Shown here: in pieces, positions 27,139 through 35,224 of the stretch
Position numbering within the stretch: position 1 is the stretch's first letter
Layout of the letters: every line of letters begins with the position of its first letter
DNA from: an uncultured Methanoculleus sp.
Lineage (GTDB): Archaea > Halobacteriota > Methanomicrobia > Methanomicrobiales > Methanomicrobiaceae
Length of the DNA: 35,224 bases
Direction: 5' to 3'
Assembly: GCA_964523185.1 (NCBI GenBank)
Contig: CAZFXY010000002.1
Span: 1 to 35,224 of the forward strand
Position numbers and translations under genes: made by a program
Notes under the pieces: model-generated
The model's input: only the letters and a program-made list of their open reading frames with translations
What the model was told of the DNA's origin: nothing
Databases searched by the model: none

Positions 27139-27944
27139 GGGAGACTCAAATCGCAGATCTCATACGAGAGACCGGCACCCTCGAGCCGTTTTAGAAACCC
27201 GGTAAACTCCTCATCGACAATAACCATCGCACAGTTGATCCCGTGAAACGACGCCTCCACAACCCCTTCCCGGGCACCGAAAAAGGCGTCTTCACTCACA
27301 CCAACACTTTTCAGGAGCACCTTAGCTTCAAGGCCAACTGCACCGATATAATCGATGCCTTCCAATGCATCGAGGATGCGATCGGGAGAAACACTGCGTG
27401 ACCCCCCCCGCTGGATACGCGGTACCTTGCAGACACGGACGCGTCCCTCCTCAAGTGCAATAATTCCGGAGAGCTTTGCCACCCCCACATCCTCTCCGGG
27501 ATTCGCGACCGTCGTCACCTCGCCCATCGCAACCTGCTCTGTTTTGGATGCATACAGCAGACCTCCCCGCATAAAGACACCAACCCTGTCTCCTTTTACC
27601 AGCGGCTCTTTTGCGATGGCGGTCCACACAGAAACCTCCTGGATGACGTCGGTTGTCACATATTTCAGATAGTTGTCAAGTGTTTCAGCGGTATTTGTTA
27701 CCCACTCCACACCCTTCGTTGTGACATTATATCGGCCTCTGCCGTTCGAATTTACCAATCCGTCATCCACCATCTCACGAATGTATTCGCTGATGGCCTG
27801 CGGAGTCACGCCCATCTTTATGGCAATTTCCTGTTGTCTTACTGAAGGCTGGTTAGCGGCAATCTCCACGAGGATCTGAAAACGTGTTGCTTCACGTTTG
27901 CTCTTGAGCACAGTGTGATACGGGTCATCACTGTGACGCGTCAA
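27135..27944 (-). CDS. Winged-helix transcriptional regulator (archaeal MarR-like HTH plus C-terminal domain)
   Basis: QQEIA.KMGVTPQAISEYIREMV.DG HTH followed by GRGRY.VT wing. Confidence 0.85.
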   Translation of the reverse strand: MTRHSDDPYHTVLKSKREATRFQILVEIAANQPSVRQQEIAIKMGVTPQAISEYIREMVDDGLVNSNGRGRYNVTTKGVEWVTNTAETLDNYLKYVTTDVIQEVSVWTAIAKEPLVKGDRVGVFMRGGLLYASKTEQVAMGEVTTVANPGEDVGVAKLSGIIALEEGRVRVCKVPRIQRGGSRSVSPDRILDALEGIDYIGAVGLEAKVLLKSVGVSEDAFFGAREGVVEASFHGINCAMVIVDEEFTGFLKRLEGAGLSYEICDLSLP

Positions 27945-28440
27945 GCAGCACCAACCCCTGGCCCTTCACATCCAGATTCGGCACACGTTTGGCAAGACCC
28001 TTGATGTAGACGGGACTCACCTTGTATTTGCGCGCGAGATCATTGTACGATGTTACTCCGGCACGGACGTCCTGCTCAATATTATCCACCATGGCACGGA
28101 GTTCTTCGTCTGTCGATGTTGAGATGTAAAGAAGATCACCAAGGTCCTCCATGGAACACTGGAATCCCGCTCTGAATCTGGTGTATGTTGTTTTATATTC
28201 TTTAGAGGGCCGCTCCCCCGGCTGCGGCATACGCCACTGCTCCTCAATAAGACTGCCTTTCTTTAGAAGTTCGAGGCATTCTGCCACACATTCCGCGCCA
28301 ATTTCAGCACAGATCTCTTCTTCAGTCATCCATTGCTTCGCGAGGAGGTCATAGGCTTTTTTGAATTTTGAGTTGTTAAAAGTAACAATGAGCGGAACGA
28401 TTTCGAGTGGATCGTTTACGATCCTGTTATGTCCTGTCAA
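27928..28440 (-). CDS. Conserved archaeal ArsR-like HTH protein
   Basis: IVNDP.EIVPL, L..LKKG.LIEEQWRMP.PG.RP.KEY; probable TTG start at 28440 (ORF track extends to 28494). Confidence 0.78.
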   Translation of the reverse strand: MTGHNRIVNDPLEIVPLIVTFNNSKFKKAYDLLAKQWMTEEEICAEIGAECVAECLELLKKGSLIEEQWRMPQPGERPSKEYKTTYTRFRAGFQCSMEDLGDLLYISTSTDEELRAMVDNIEQDVRAGVTSYNDLARKYKVSPVYIKGLAKRVPNLDVKGQGLVLLDASQ

Positions 28441-28457
28441 TGTAAAAACCCATGTAG

Positions 28458-28472
28458 TATTAAACGTATAAA
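28458..28472. promoter_or_regulatory. TATA-box candidate in the short divergent gap (HTH operon / hypF)
   Basis: TATAAA at 28467-28472 (TTTATA on the minus strand), about 27 nt from both start codons. Confidence 0.45.
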
Positions 28473-28499
28473 CCAATAAAGATTCTCTAGGCACCGAAT

Positions 28500-30716
28500 A
28501 TGCACGTCAAAGGGCAGATATCAATAAAAGGCATCGTCCAGGGGGTCGGATTTCGCCCTTTTGTCTATAAAACCGCACAGGAACTCGGAATAAACGGCAC
28601 GGTCCGCAATCTCGGTAGTGAGGTGTTGGTGCTCGCCGAAGGAAATAATTTTGGAGAGTTTGTGCGTCGTCTTTCCCGGGGCACCCCCCTTTCGCGCATC
28701 GACACCATCACCGTAACCGATTCTGATGAACCAGTACCAGATGGATTTGTGATCCTCGAAAGTGCAGCAGGCAACCTCTCGGGCTTTATCCCAACAGATG
28801 TTGCCACCTGTGATGCGTGCATACAGGACATATTCACTCCCGGGGGGAGGTATGAAGGCTATTGGGCTACCTCCTGCGTGAACTGCGGCCCCCGCTACAG
28901 CATCATCTGCGGCCTGCCCTACGACCGGGAACGCACACGGATGGATGCATTCCCCATGTGCGGGCCCTGTGCTGATGAATATGGCGACCCGGCATCCCGC
29001 CGTCACCATGCACAGACGATTGCCTGTGCTGCCTGCGGGCCGACGCTCTCCCTTCTGGAAACAGACGGCACTCCGGTGGCAGGAGAACCTCTGCACACCG
29101 CAGCAGCACTTCTGGACGGGGGCGCCGTCATCGCCATCCGCGGCCTGGGGGGATTCCATATCGCCTGCACCACAGAGGCAGCCGGGCGTCTGAAGGGCAC
29201 TCTCGGCCGGCAGGAGCAGCCCCTCGCGGTGATGGCCACCGCAGAAAAGATAGCAGAGGTTGCCGTGGTATCAGCGGCAGAATGGAAATGCCTCAGTGGC
29301 CCCGCCCATCCCATTGTCGTGCTGGAAAAAAAGAATCCTGAGGCGCTCACCACCATATCAAAACTGCATACCATCGGCTGTATGCTCCCCTATACCGCCC
29401 TCCACCACCTCCTGTTTGCATCCCTCAAACACCCGATGCTTGTGATGACAAGCGCCAATCCGCCGGGATACCCGATGATCACCGATACCCACGAGGCATG
29501 CAAACGACTTGCCGGGCACGTGGACTACATTCTCACCCACAATCGCATCATTCAAAACCGCTGCGACGACTCCGTGGTACGCGACGGCAAGATACTCCGC
29601 CTCTCCCGCGGGTTTGCCCCGAAACGGCTGAAGCAGGATCTGGGGGATGCCTGCATTCTTGGCGTCGGGCCGGAGCTCAATGCAAACATCTCTATCTATC
29701 GGGACGGTTACTGCATCACCTCCCCCCACGTGGGCAATGTGCGCAATCCGGCAACACTTGCATATTTAAAGGAGACCGTGGAACGGACAGCGCACTTCGT
29801 GGGCGCTGAATTCGATATTATTGCCCATGACCTGCACCCGCAGTTCCTTTCCACACGTTATGCCCGCAGACGTGCTGAGGAGACAGGTGCCACCCTCATG
29901 CCGGTGCAGCACCACAAGGCCCACATCGCTGCAGCCACCACCGACCCGTGTATCGGCATCGCAATTGATGGGGTTGGATACGGCGAGGACGGAACCATCT
30001 GGGGCGGTGAAATCTTTGCCGGAGCAGTGCCTGACCTCACCCGTGTCGGTCATCTGGAACCCGTAATGATGCCCGGGGGCGACCTCGCTACCCGGCACCC
30101 TGAGCGCATGCTCTACGGCATCCTTCCTGAAAAAGAGACGGCAGCACTGCTGGCTGCCCGGGGGTGGAGTCCAGTCGCCCTTGCCGTGCTGGAGAAACAG
30201 GTTGAACGGAAATTCAATGTCACTATCACCTCCAGCACCGGCCGCATCCTCGATGCCGCAGCAGCACTCCTTGGCGTCTGCCGGGAACGCACCTTTGACG
30301 GGGAACCGGCACAGGTGCTGGAGACCACTGCGGTTCGGGGCAGTGCCGCTCTCTGGGACCGCGAATGTACCACCGAAAATGGACGCACCATCCTTTCCAC
30401 CTCTGCCCTTCTCAGGGAGGCATTTTCCCGAATGCGTACTGAGCAGACCGCAGACATCGCCGCATCCTTTCAGCTGACCCTTGCAACGGGTATTGCGGAG
30501 ATCGCCGTGAGGGCGGCTGAAGACGCAGGGTATAAAAAAATTGCCCTAAGTGGCGGTGTGGCATACAATCATGCGATAGAATCAGCCATCCGCAAAACCA
30601 TCAGCACATCCGGTTATGAATACATCTGCAATACCTCTTATCCCCTGGGAGACGGATGTATCTCATACGGCCAGTGTGTCTGGGCAGGGTGCGTCCTGAA
30701 ACAAAACAAAATTTGA
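28500..30716 (+). CDS. hypF: Hydrogenase maturation carbamoyltransferase HypF
   Basis: GIVQGVGFRPFV acylphosphatase domain, two CxxC-x-CxxC Zn fingers, HDLHP, VQHH.AH, DG.GYG.DG.IWGGE, GDGCIS.GQ. Confidence 0.97.
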   Translation: MHVKGQISIKGIVQGVGFRPFVYKTAQELGINGTVRNLGSEVLVLAEGNNFGEFVRRLSRGTPLSRIDTITVTDSDEPVPDGFVILESAAGNLSGFIPTDVATCDACIQDIFTPGGRYEGYWATSCVNCGPRYSIICGLPYDRERTRMDAFPMCGPCADEYGDPASRRHHAQTIACAACGPTLSLLETDGTPVAGEPLHTAAALLDGGAVIAIRGLGGFHIACTTEAAGRLKGTLGRQEQPLAVMATAEKIAEVAVVSAAEWKCLSGPAHPIVVLEKKNPEALTTISKLHTIGCMLPYTALHHLLFASLKHPMLVMTSANPPGYPMITDTHEACKRLAGHVDYILTHNRIIQNRCDDSVVRDGKILRLSRGFAPKRLKQDLGDACILGVGPELNANISIYRDGYCITSPHVGNVRNPATLAYLKETVERTAHFVGAEFDIIAHDLHPQFLSTRYARRRAEETGATLMPVQHHKAHIAAATTDPCIGIAIDGVGYGEDGTIWGGEIFAGAVPDLTRVGHLEPVMMPGGDLATRHPERMLYGILPEKETAALLAARGWSPVALAVLEKQVERKFNVTITSSTGRILDAAAALLGVCRERTFDGEPAQVLETTAVRGSAALWDRECTTENGRTILSTSALLREAFSRMRTEQTADIAASFQLTLATGIAEIAVRAAEDAGYKKIALSGGVAYNHAIESAIRKTISTSGYEYICNTSYPLGDGCISYGQCVWAGCVLKQNKI

Positions 30717-30740
30717 GTGAAAAGAGGCGGAAGGTTCCAT

Positions 30741-31130
30741 TTACCGCTTAAGTACAGAATCGAGGACTTCACGGAGATCGGCGGAGCGATACGGTTTTTT
30801 TAGAATCCCTGAAAATCCCTGATTATAGAAGTCATCGACATTCATCTCTGAGGCAAATCCACTGGTAACGATGACACGGACATCGGGATCAATTGCTTTC
30901 AGCTTCTTTATCGCCTCTGTAGCACCCATTCCGTCAGGGACGGTAATATCCATAATCACTGCATCATACGGACTACCTGCAGCAAGGGCTCTTTGATATT
31001 CCTGGACAGCCGTTTCGCCGTCCGGAGTTGCCATCGGATGATATCCTATCTTTTCAAGGAGAAGACAAGTAATTGTGCGAATATTATCCTCATCATCCAT
31101 AATGAGAATTTTTCCGGGCTTTTTTGTCAT
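30741..31130 (-). CDS. Single-domain response regulator (receiver)
   Basis: ILIMDDE, VIMD (phosphoacceptor), TSG, KKPY. Confidence 0.92.
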   Translation of the reverse strand: MTKKPGKILIMDDEDNIRTITCLLLEKIGYHPMATPDGETAVQEYQRALAAGSPYDAVIMDITVPDGMGATEAIKKLKAIDPDVRVIVTSGFASEMNVDDFYNQGFSGILKKPYRSADLREVLDSVLKR

Positions 31131-31200
31131 CTTCCGGTCTCCCCCACTGACATGGCCGGTTCTTTCCTGTTCATCAGCATATTACCCCTCATCAATATTT

Positions 31201-31222
31201 TGACATGCTCTATTGCATGTCA
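31201..31222. promoter_or_regulatory. Perfect 8-bp inverted repeat TGACATGC-N6-GCATGTCA
   Basis: Read directly, 70 nt upstream of the receiver gene start. Confidence 0.45.
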
Positions 31223-31572
31223 CATTCGTTTACAAAATATGCATATCAAACATATAAGGATTCGCAAATAGATCGTTCAGGTAAAACAGCACCACCTGAC
31301 AAAACCCTGCGCCATCCCGCGGAAAGTCACCTCTGAATCAGCCGGAAAAAAAAGAACGGCGGAAAGAAAGCAGAGCAGAACAACAAAAAAAAGAGGAACG
31401 GGATATTCACCCCCTCCGAAAAACGCCTGCCCCGTTTCACATCGTATGCAGGTATGTCACACAGGAGACAATCATGACGTACAAGCCCGCAGGAGGCCGA
31501 TTCAGGTTACCCGCTCATCATCCGGTTCAGCCCACATTGGATCAACGATTGCAAGAAGTGCGAGGCTTTCAG

Positions 31573-33291
31573 CCCACTATTCGCAGTAAAATTTGAGCCT
31601 AAAATATTAATCGACCGAAAGATCTTTGTACATTCAGGAAAATAACTTCAATATGACCTATATTGACGGGTTTGATGACGACTCAATCCTTTCCGTCGGC
31701 CATCTCGGCATAGTTGCTGGTGCATATGATTCTCTTGGAATAGCCAATGTAATTGATACCGCCATACCCAAAACCCGTCACCATAATCTCAGCCATTCTC
31801 AGGTTGTTAAGTTAATGGCCCTCAACGGTCTGGGATTCATCGAACGCCGCCTGTATCTCTTCCCGGAATTCTTTGACGATATTGCTGTTGAACGTCTCCT
31901 TGGCGAAGGAATCACCACCGATCATATCAACGACGATTTACTTGGCAGAACCCTGGACGCCATCGCAGAATATGGTCCAACAGAGCTTTTCAACGAAATT
32001 GTGTCAAACTGCCTCATTTCAACAGAATTCGGTATGCATTGCATTCATGTGGATACAACCAACTTCAGTGTCACTGGTGAATATGAATCGGACTTCGGCA
32101 CAGAAGAAATCAAGATCACCTATGGTCATCCAAAGGATGGTCGGTGGGACCTCAAGCGATTTGTCCTTGGTATGGCATCGAACCAGCATGGAATCCCTTT
32201 GTTCCTCCAGACATTTTCAGGGAATGAATCCGACAAAGAAACGCTTAGAACCATTATTGAAAATCTCAAGAAGAACCTGATCTCTGACGAAAGAGTATAC
32301 CATGTGGCAGATTCTGCCTTCTATACCAAGAAAAATCTCCAGAGTGTTGGGCAGCATACGTTCTGGATCACACATGTGCCATCTACCATCAAGGAGGCAA
32401 AAGATCTGCTTGCATCTGAGTGCCAGTTCAAGCCATGCACAGACGATCGGTATTCCTATTTTGAACATGTGAACGACTACGCCGGCATCACGCAGAAGTG
32501 GGTCCAGTACTATTCCGAGCCCACGTATGAAGCGAAAAAGAAGAAATTTGAAGAGAAACTTGACAAAAAGCTAGGTGCAGCAAAGAAATCTCTCCGTAAA
32601 ACCTGCGCAATTGAATCAAAATGTGAGCCGGATGCACAGAATGTTGCGCAAAGATGGCTGAAAGATCATCCGCTGTTCCGGTTCAGTGAATACAAAATAA
32701 TTACGATTCAGAGGAGAGCGGAAAAGAAACGTGGCCGGCCAAAGGCTGGCGAACCAATGGTTCTGATATTCAGGGTCGAAGCAGACATTGAGTTTAATGA
32801 AGACGCAATTGGAAAGGAACGCCAGAAACTCAGCCGATTTATCCTGGCAACAAATGATACTGCAATGTCTGCAGACGAACTGCTTTACAATTATAAAGAA
32901 CAGGGGACTGTTGAGAGAGGATTCCGTTTTCTGAAAGATAAATCGTTCCGGGTTGCAGAGGTGTATTTAAAGAAACCGTCGCGTATCCAGGCGTTATCGA
33001 TGATCATGGTTCTTTGCCTTTTCATATACTCGATGACTGAGTATCGTCTGAGAAAAGAGTTGGAACAATCAGGTGAAACAGTGACCAGCCAGACAAAGAG
33101 ACCGACACAACGGCCAACAATGAAGTGGATCTTCTTCCGTTTCAGGAGGGTGAGAGAGTTTTCGTTTGTGGATGGAGGAAAGAGAATTAAGAGGATTGCA
33201 AATCTGAACGATGAATTTAGAAAAATATTGCGGCTTTTGGGCTCGGAGTATGAAAAATATTATTGTTGAAAGGTGACCTGCGGAAAGTCAG
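31573..33291 (+). mobile_element. IS1634-family insertion sequence, 1719 bp
   Basis: Imperfect terminal IRs CCCACTATTCGCAG / reverse complement CTGACTTTCCGCAG (10/14 match); flanking direct repeat TTTCAG at 31567-31572 and 33292-33297. Confidence 0.92.
31653..33269 (+). CDS. IS1634-family DDE transposase
   Basis: GHLGIVAG, NDD.LGRTLD, HVDTT, YGHPKDGRWDLK, VADSAFY, YKEQ..VERGFRFLK; intact ORF; ATG 31653 chosen as start. Confidence 0.93.
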   Translation: MTYIDGFDDDSILSVGHLGIVAGAYDSLGIANVIDTAIPKTRHHNLSHSQVVKLMALNGLGFIERRLYLFPEFFDDIAVERLLGEGITTDHINDDLLGRTLDAIAEYGPTELFNEIVSNCLISTEFGMHCIHVDTTNFSVTGEYESDFGTEEIKITYGHPKDGRWDLKRFVLGMASNQHGIPLFLQTFSGNESDKETLRTIIENLKKNLISDERVYHVADSAFYTKKNLQSVGQHTFWITHVPSTIKEAKDLLASECQFKPCTDDRYSYFEHVNDYAGITQKWVQYYSEPTYEAKKKKFEEKLDKKLGAAKKSLRKTCAIESKCEPDAQNVAQRWLKDHPLFRFSEYKIITIQRRAEKKRGRPKAGEPMVLIFRVEADIEFNEDAIGKERQKLSRFILATNDTAMSADELLYNYKEQGTVERGFRFLKDKSFRVAEVYLKKPSRIQALSMIMVLCLFIYSMTEYRLRKELEQSGETVTSQTKRPTQRPTMKWIFFRFRRVREFSFVDGGKRIKRIANLNDEFRKILRLLGSEYEKYYC

Positions 33292-33835
33292 TTTCAGCAC
33301 CCCTATTTGCAATATACTGCACGGCGCCGGCTGGGATAGAGATCGCCTGACCCCCACGAACCTCCTCTGCTTCATCTTCGATATGCATTGTCCCAGTGCC
33401 TTCCAGAATGCAATACACCTCATGGGATCCGACAAGAGGATGAGGATAAGAAGTTTCTCCGGGTTCAAGGTATGCATGGGCCAGACTGAACCGGCAACCC
33501 ACCGCACCGGAAAAATGAGAAGGATGTAACAGCTCACAGGGATGAGTCCCGTCCCAGGCATCAAAGACCAAAGATGCCCTCAGATCCCGGATGAACATCG
33601 AATAGACCCCGCCGAAGCAAAGGCACCTTCAACACGAAAGCAATCGAGTGCATCCGGCGCCCCGCCCGTGGTCGCGCACCGGCAGATACCAGCAACGAAT
33701 ATGTCCTGCAGCCCCTGCAAAGAAACGGAGAGGAAAAACACATCCCGGTAATTTTTGAAAGTGCCAAAGGTATCGCTGCATAACCAAAACCAACAAAACC
33801 TTCGGCCAACATGCGACATCAGTAACCATTACCCA

Positions 33836-33938
33836 GTAAAAAATACATGCATCGCGATTTGTGCAGAAGTCCGGCCGTGCACAGACGTATATCAAAGAAG
33901 CCCGCGTAAAAATACATGCTTCACGATTTGTGCAGAAG
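33836..33938. repeat. 33-34-bp direct repeat x2 with 36-bp spacer
   Basis: GTAAAAAATACATGCATCGCGATTTGTGCAGAAG (33836-33869) and GTAAAAATACATGCTTCACGATTTGTGCAGAAG (33906-33938). Confidence 0.85.
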
Positions 33939-33991
33939 GTTGCCAAAGCACAGAATAATGCGGAAAAACTACGTTAACACATTCGATCGCG

Positions 33992-34004
33992 AAAAGAAAA
34001 AAAA
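33992..34004 (-). terminator. Oligo-T terminator candidate after rpl12
   Basis: TTTTTTTTCTTTT on the minus strand just past the rpl12 stop. Confidence 0.55.
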
Positions 34005-34007
34005 GAT

Positions 34008-34310
34008 TTAGCCGAAGAGAGCGCCGAGACCGGCCATGCCGCCCTCTTCGTCCTCTTCTTCCTCTTCCTCAACTTCTTCTTCTACCGCTGCTGCGACAGC
34101 TGCTGCAGGTGCTGCTGCAACTGCCACAGGTGCTGCTGCTGCCTTTGCGACAGCTTCTGCAATATCGACACCATCAAGTGCTGCGATGAGTGCCTTTACA
34201 CGGGAGTTCTCAACTTCGATACCGGCTGCTGTCAGAACTGCACTGACTGCTTCCTCAGTTACGTCTTTTCCTGCGTTGTGCAGAACAAGCGCTGCGTAGA
34301 TGTATTCCAT
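34008..34310 (-). CDS. rpl12: 50S ribosomal protein L12 (aP1)
   Basis: [10 protein letters not shown], Ala-rich hinge, acidic tail ending GLGALFG. Confidence 0.98.
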   Translation of the reverse strand: MEYIYAALVLHNAGKDVTEEAVSAVLTAAGIEVENSRVKALIAALDGVDIAEAVAKAAAAPVAVAAAPAAAVAAAVEEEVEEEEEEDEEGGMAGLGALFG

Positions 34311-34334
34311 TTCTTATTTACCTCAAATATATTA

Positions 34335-35183
34335 TTATTCGGTCATCCCTTTCAGGGCCTTTGCCTGAAGTGATGCACGTCCGATAATCAGTTCAACAAT
34401 GTCTTTCGTGTATATTGCGGCCTCAACACCAAGACTGCGAGACTCACTTGCAGCCTTTGTAATGATAGGCACAATCGACTGTGCAGTCGGATAGGCTGCG
34501 AATACAGCAAGATTGAATGCCTGCTGGGCTGCCAGAACCACATTGTTGTAATATTCAGTCTCATCGATTGCCAGCGTAGACGGCTCATAGAATGCGCCAT
34601 CGTAGAAGGCCACCTGAAGACTCAGACCGACGTCAATCGGGCGGATGTCAAGTTTGGACAGAACATCAGCCTGCTTTGCGGTGATCACATCACCTGCTTT
34701 GACGAAGACCTTCCTCTCGCGGATGACAACCTTTCCACCTTCAATAGCAGCAGGAAGACCTGCCTGCTGGAATGTTCCAACGATCGGCCCAGGCTTAAAG
34801 CCGGTTGGGCCTTTCTCGACGACAATATCCTCAGGGGCAACGTCGCCGGGGCGGGCTACCATCTTGGTCATCGTCTGTTGGAGCTTCCGATAAAGCTGGA
34901 AGGGATTGTCGTTCGTGTATATCAGTGCACTGTGCCCGTCAAGATACGAGGTGACGCCGTCGATCGGCGCACCCATTGCTGTAAATGCGTGCCTGATAAG
35001 AGTATTTCGTGACATCCGCAGGACAGCCTTACCCTGAAGGTCGCGGCGCATCTCCTGCATCTGCTTTGCGGGGATCCCATGCAGATTTACGAGACCTGTA
35101 AGGGAGAATTCCCCGGCATGCGAAATAATCTGATCAACCTCATCCTGTTTCCACTGGGGCAGATTCGTTGTATATAATGCCAT
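34335..35183 (-). CDS. rplP0: 50S ribosomal protein L10 (P0)
   Basis: PQWK, QMQEMRR.L, RNTL, NPF.L, A.PGD.AP.DI.V..GPT.F.PGP; located between rpl1 and rpl12. Confidence 0.97.
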   Translation of the reverse strand: MALYTTNLPQWKQDEVDQIISHAGEFSLTGLVNLHGIPAKQMQEMRRDLQGKAVLRMSRNTLIRHAFTAMGAPIDGVTSYLDGHSALIYTNDNPFQLYRKLQQTMTKMVARPGDVAPEDIVVEKGPTGFKPGPIVGTFQQAGLPAAIEGGKVVIRERKVFVKAGDVITAKQADVLSKLDIRPIDVGLSLQVAFYDGAFYEPSTLAIDETEYYNNVVLAAQQAFNLAVFAAYPTAQSIVPIITKAASESRSLGVEAAIYTKDIVELIIGRASLQAKALKGMTE

Positions 35184-35224
35184 TATATAATCCTCACTGC
35201 CGGACCCATGGATGTCTTTACATA
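35183..35224 (-). CDS. rpl1: 50S ribosomal protein L1, C-terminal end (partial)
   Basis: Minus strand reads YVKTSMGPAVRII*; TAATG overlap with the P0 start; canonical L1-L10-L12 order. Confidence 0.9.
   Translation of the reverse strand, partial: YVKTSMGPAVRII

Larger units (their letters stand above)
31502..33598 (-). pseudogene. Cupin-domain protein interrupted by IS1634 (5' part 33598-33292, 3' part 31566-31502)
   Basis: Removing the IS and one target copy gives a 123-aa ORF ...SLAHAYLEPGETSYPH...EVY.ILEG.G.M...IPAGAVQYIANRGAE|SLALLAIVDPMWAEPDDERVT*. Confidence 0.92.

Noticed and set aside
33836..33938. Formal CRISPR array call
   Set aside because: Only two imperfect repeats, no cas genes, no typical repeat terminus; kept as a repeat.
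33561..33958. Several 67-105-aa ORFs between the cupin and rpl12
   Set aside because: Mutually overlapping on both strands, no motifs; internal similarity comes from the DNA repeat.

Overview
Chromosomal segment of a methanogenic archaeon, most likely Methanomicrobiales (inferred from the gene set: archaeal rpl1-rplP0-rpl12, split GMP synthase, HypF, ASH-type helicase, short P0). Housekeeping blocks: nfeD-SPFH; pyrG-guaAB-argD-hisC-kinase-CDP-alcohol phosphatidyltransferase; helicase plus two wHTH regulators; hypF; ribosomal stalk genes. The central accessory region is mostly on the minus strand. It holds a dGTPase-like HD protein, a MATE transporter, a stand-alone condensation-domain acyltransferase, a polyprenol kinase-like protein, and a three-gene nitrogenase-like operon (NifH-like plus two short D/K-like subunits, each with three cluster cysteines but no visible FeMo-co cysteine), which is the best candidate for an uncharacterised system. 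It also holds TrkH, a rubredoxin (missed by the ORF track)-flavodiiron protein-atypical desulfoferrodoxin operon, two SAM methyltransferases around a cysteine-desulfurase-like gene, and a cytosine deaminase-like gene. An intact IS1634-family element (31573-33291, 6-bp target duplication TTTCAG) splits a cupin gene that can be rebuilt exactly. Intergenic DNA is rich in microsatellites and short tandem duplications. No rRNA, tRNA or convincing CRISPR array was seen.
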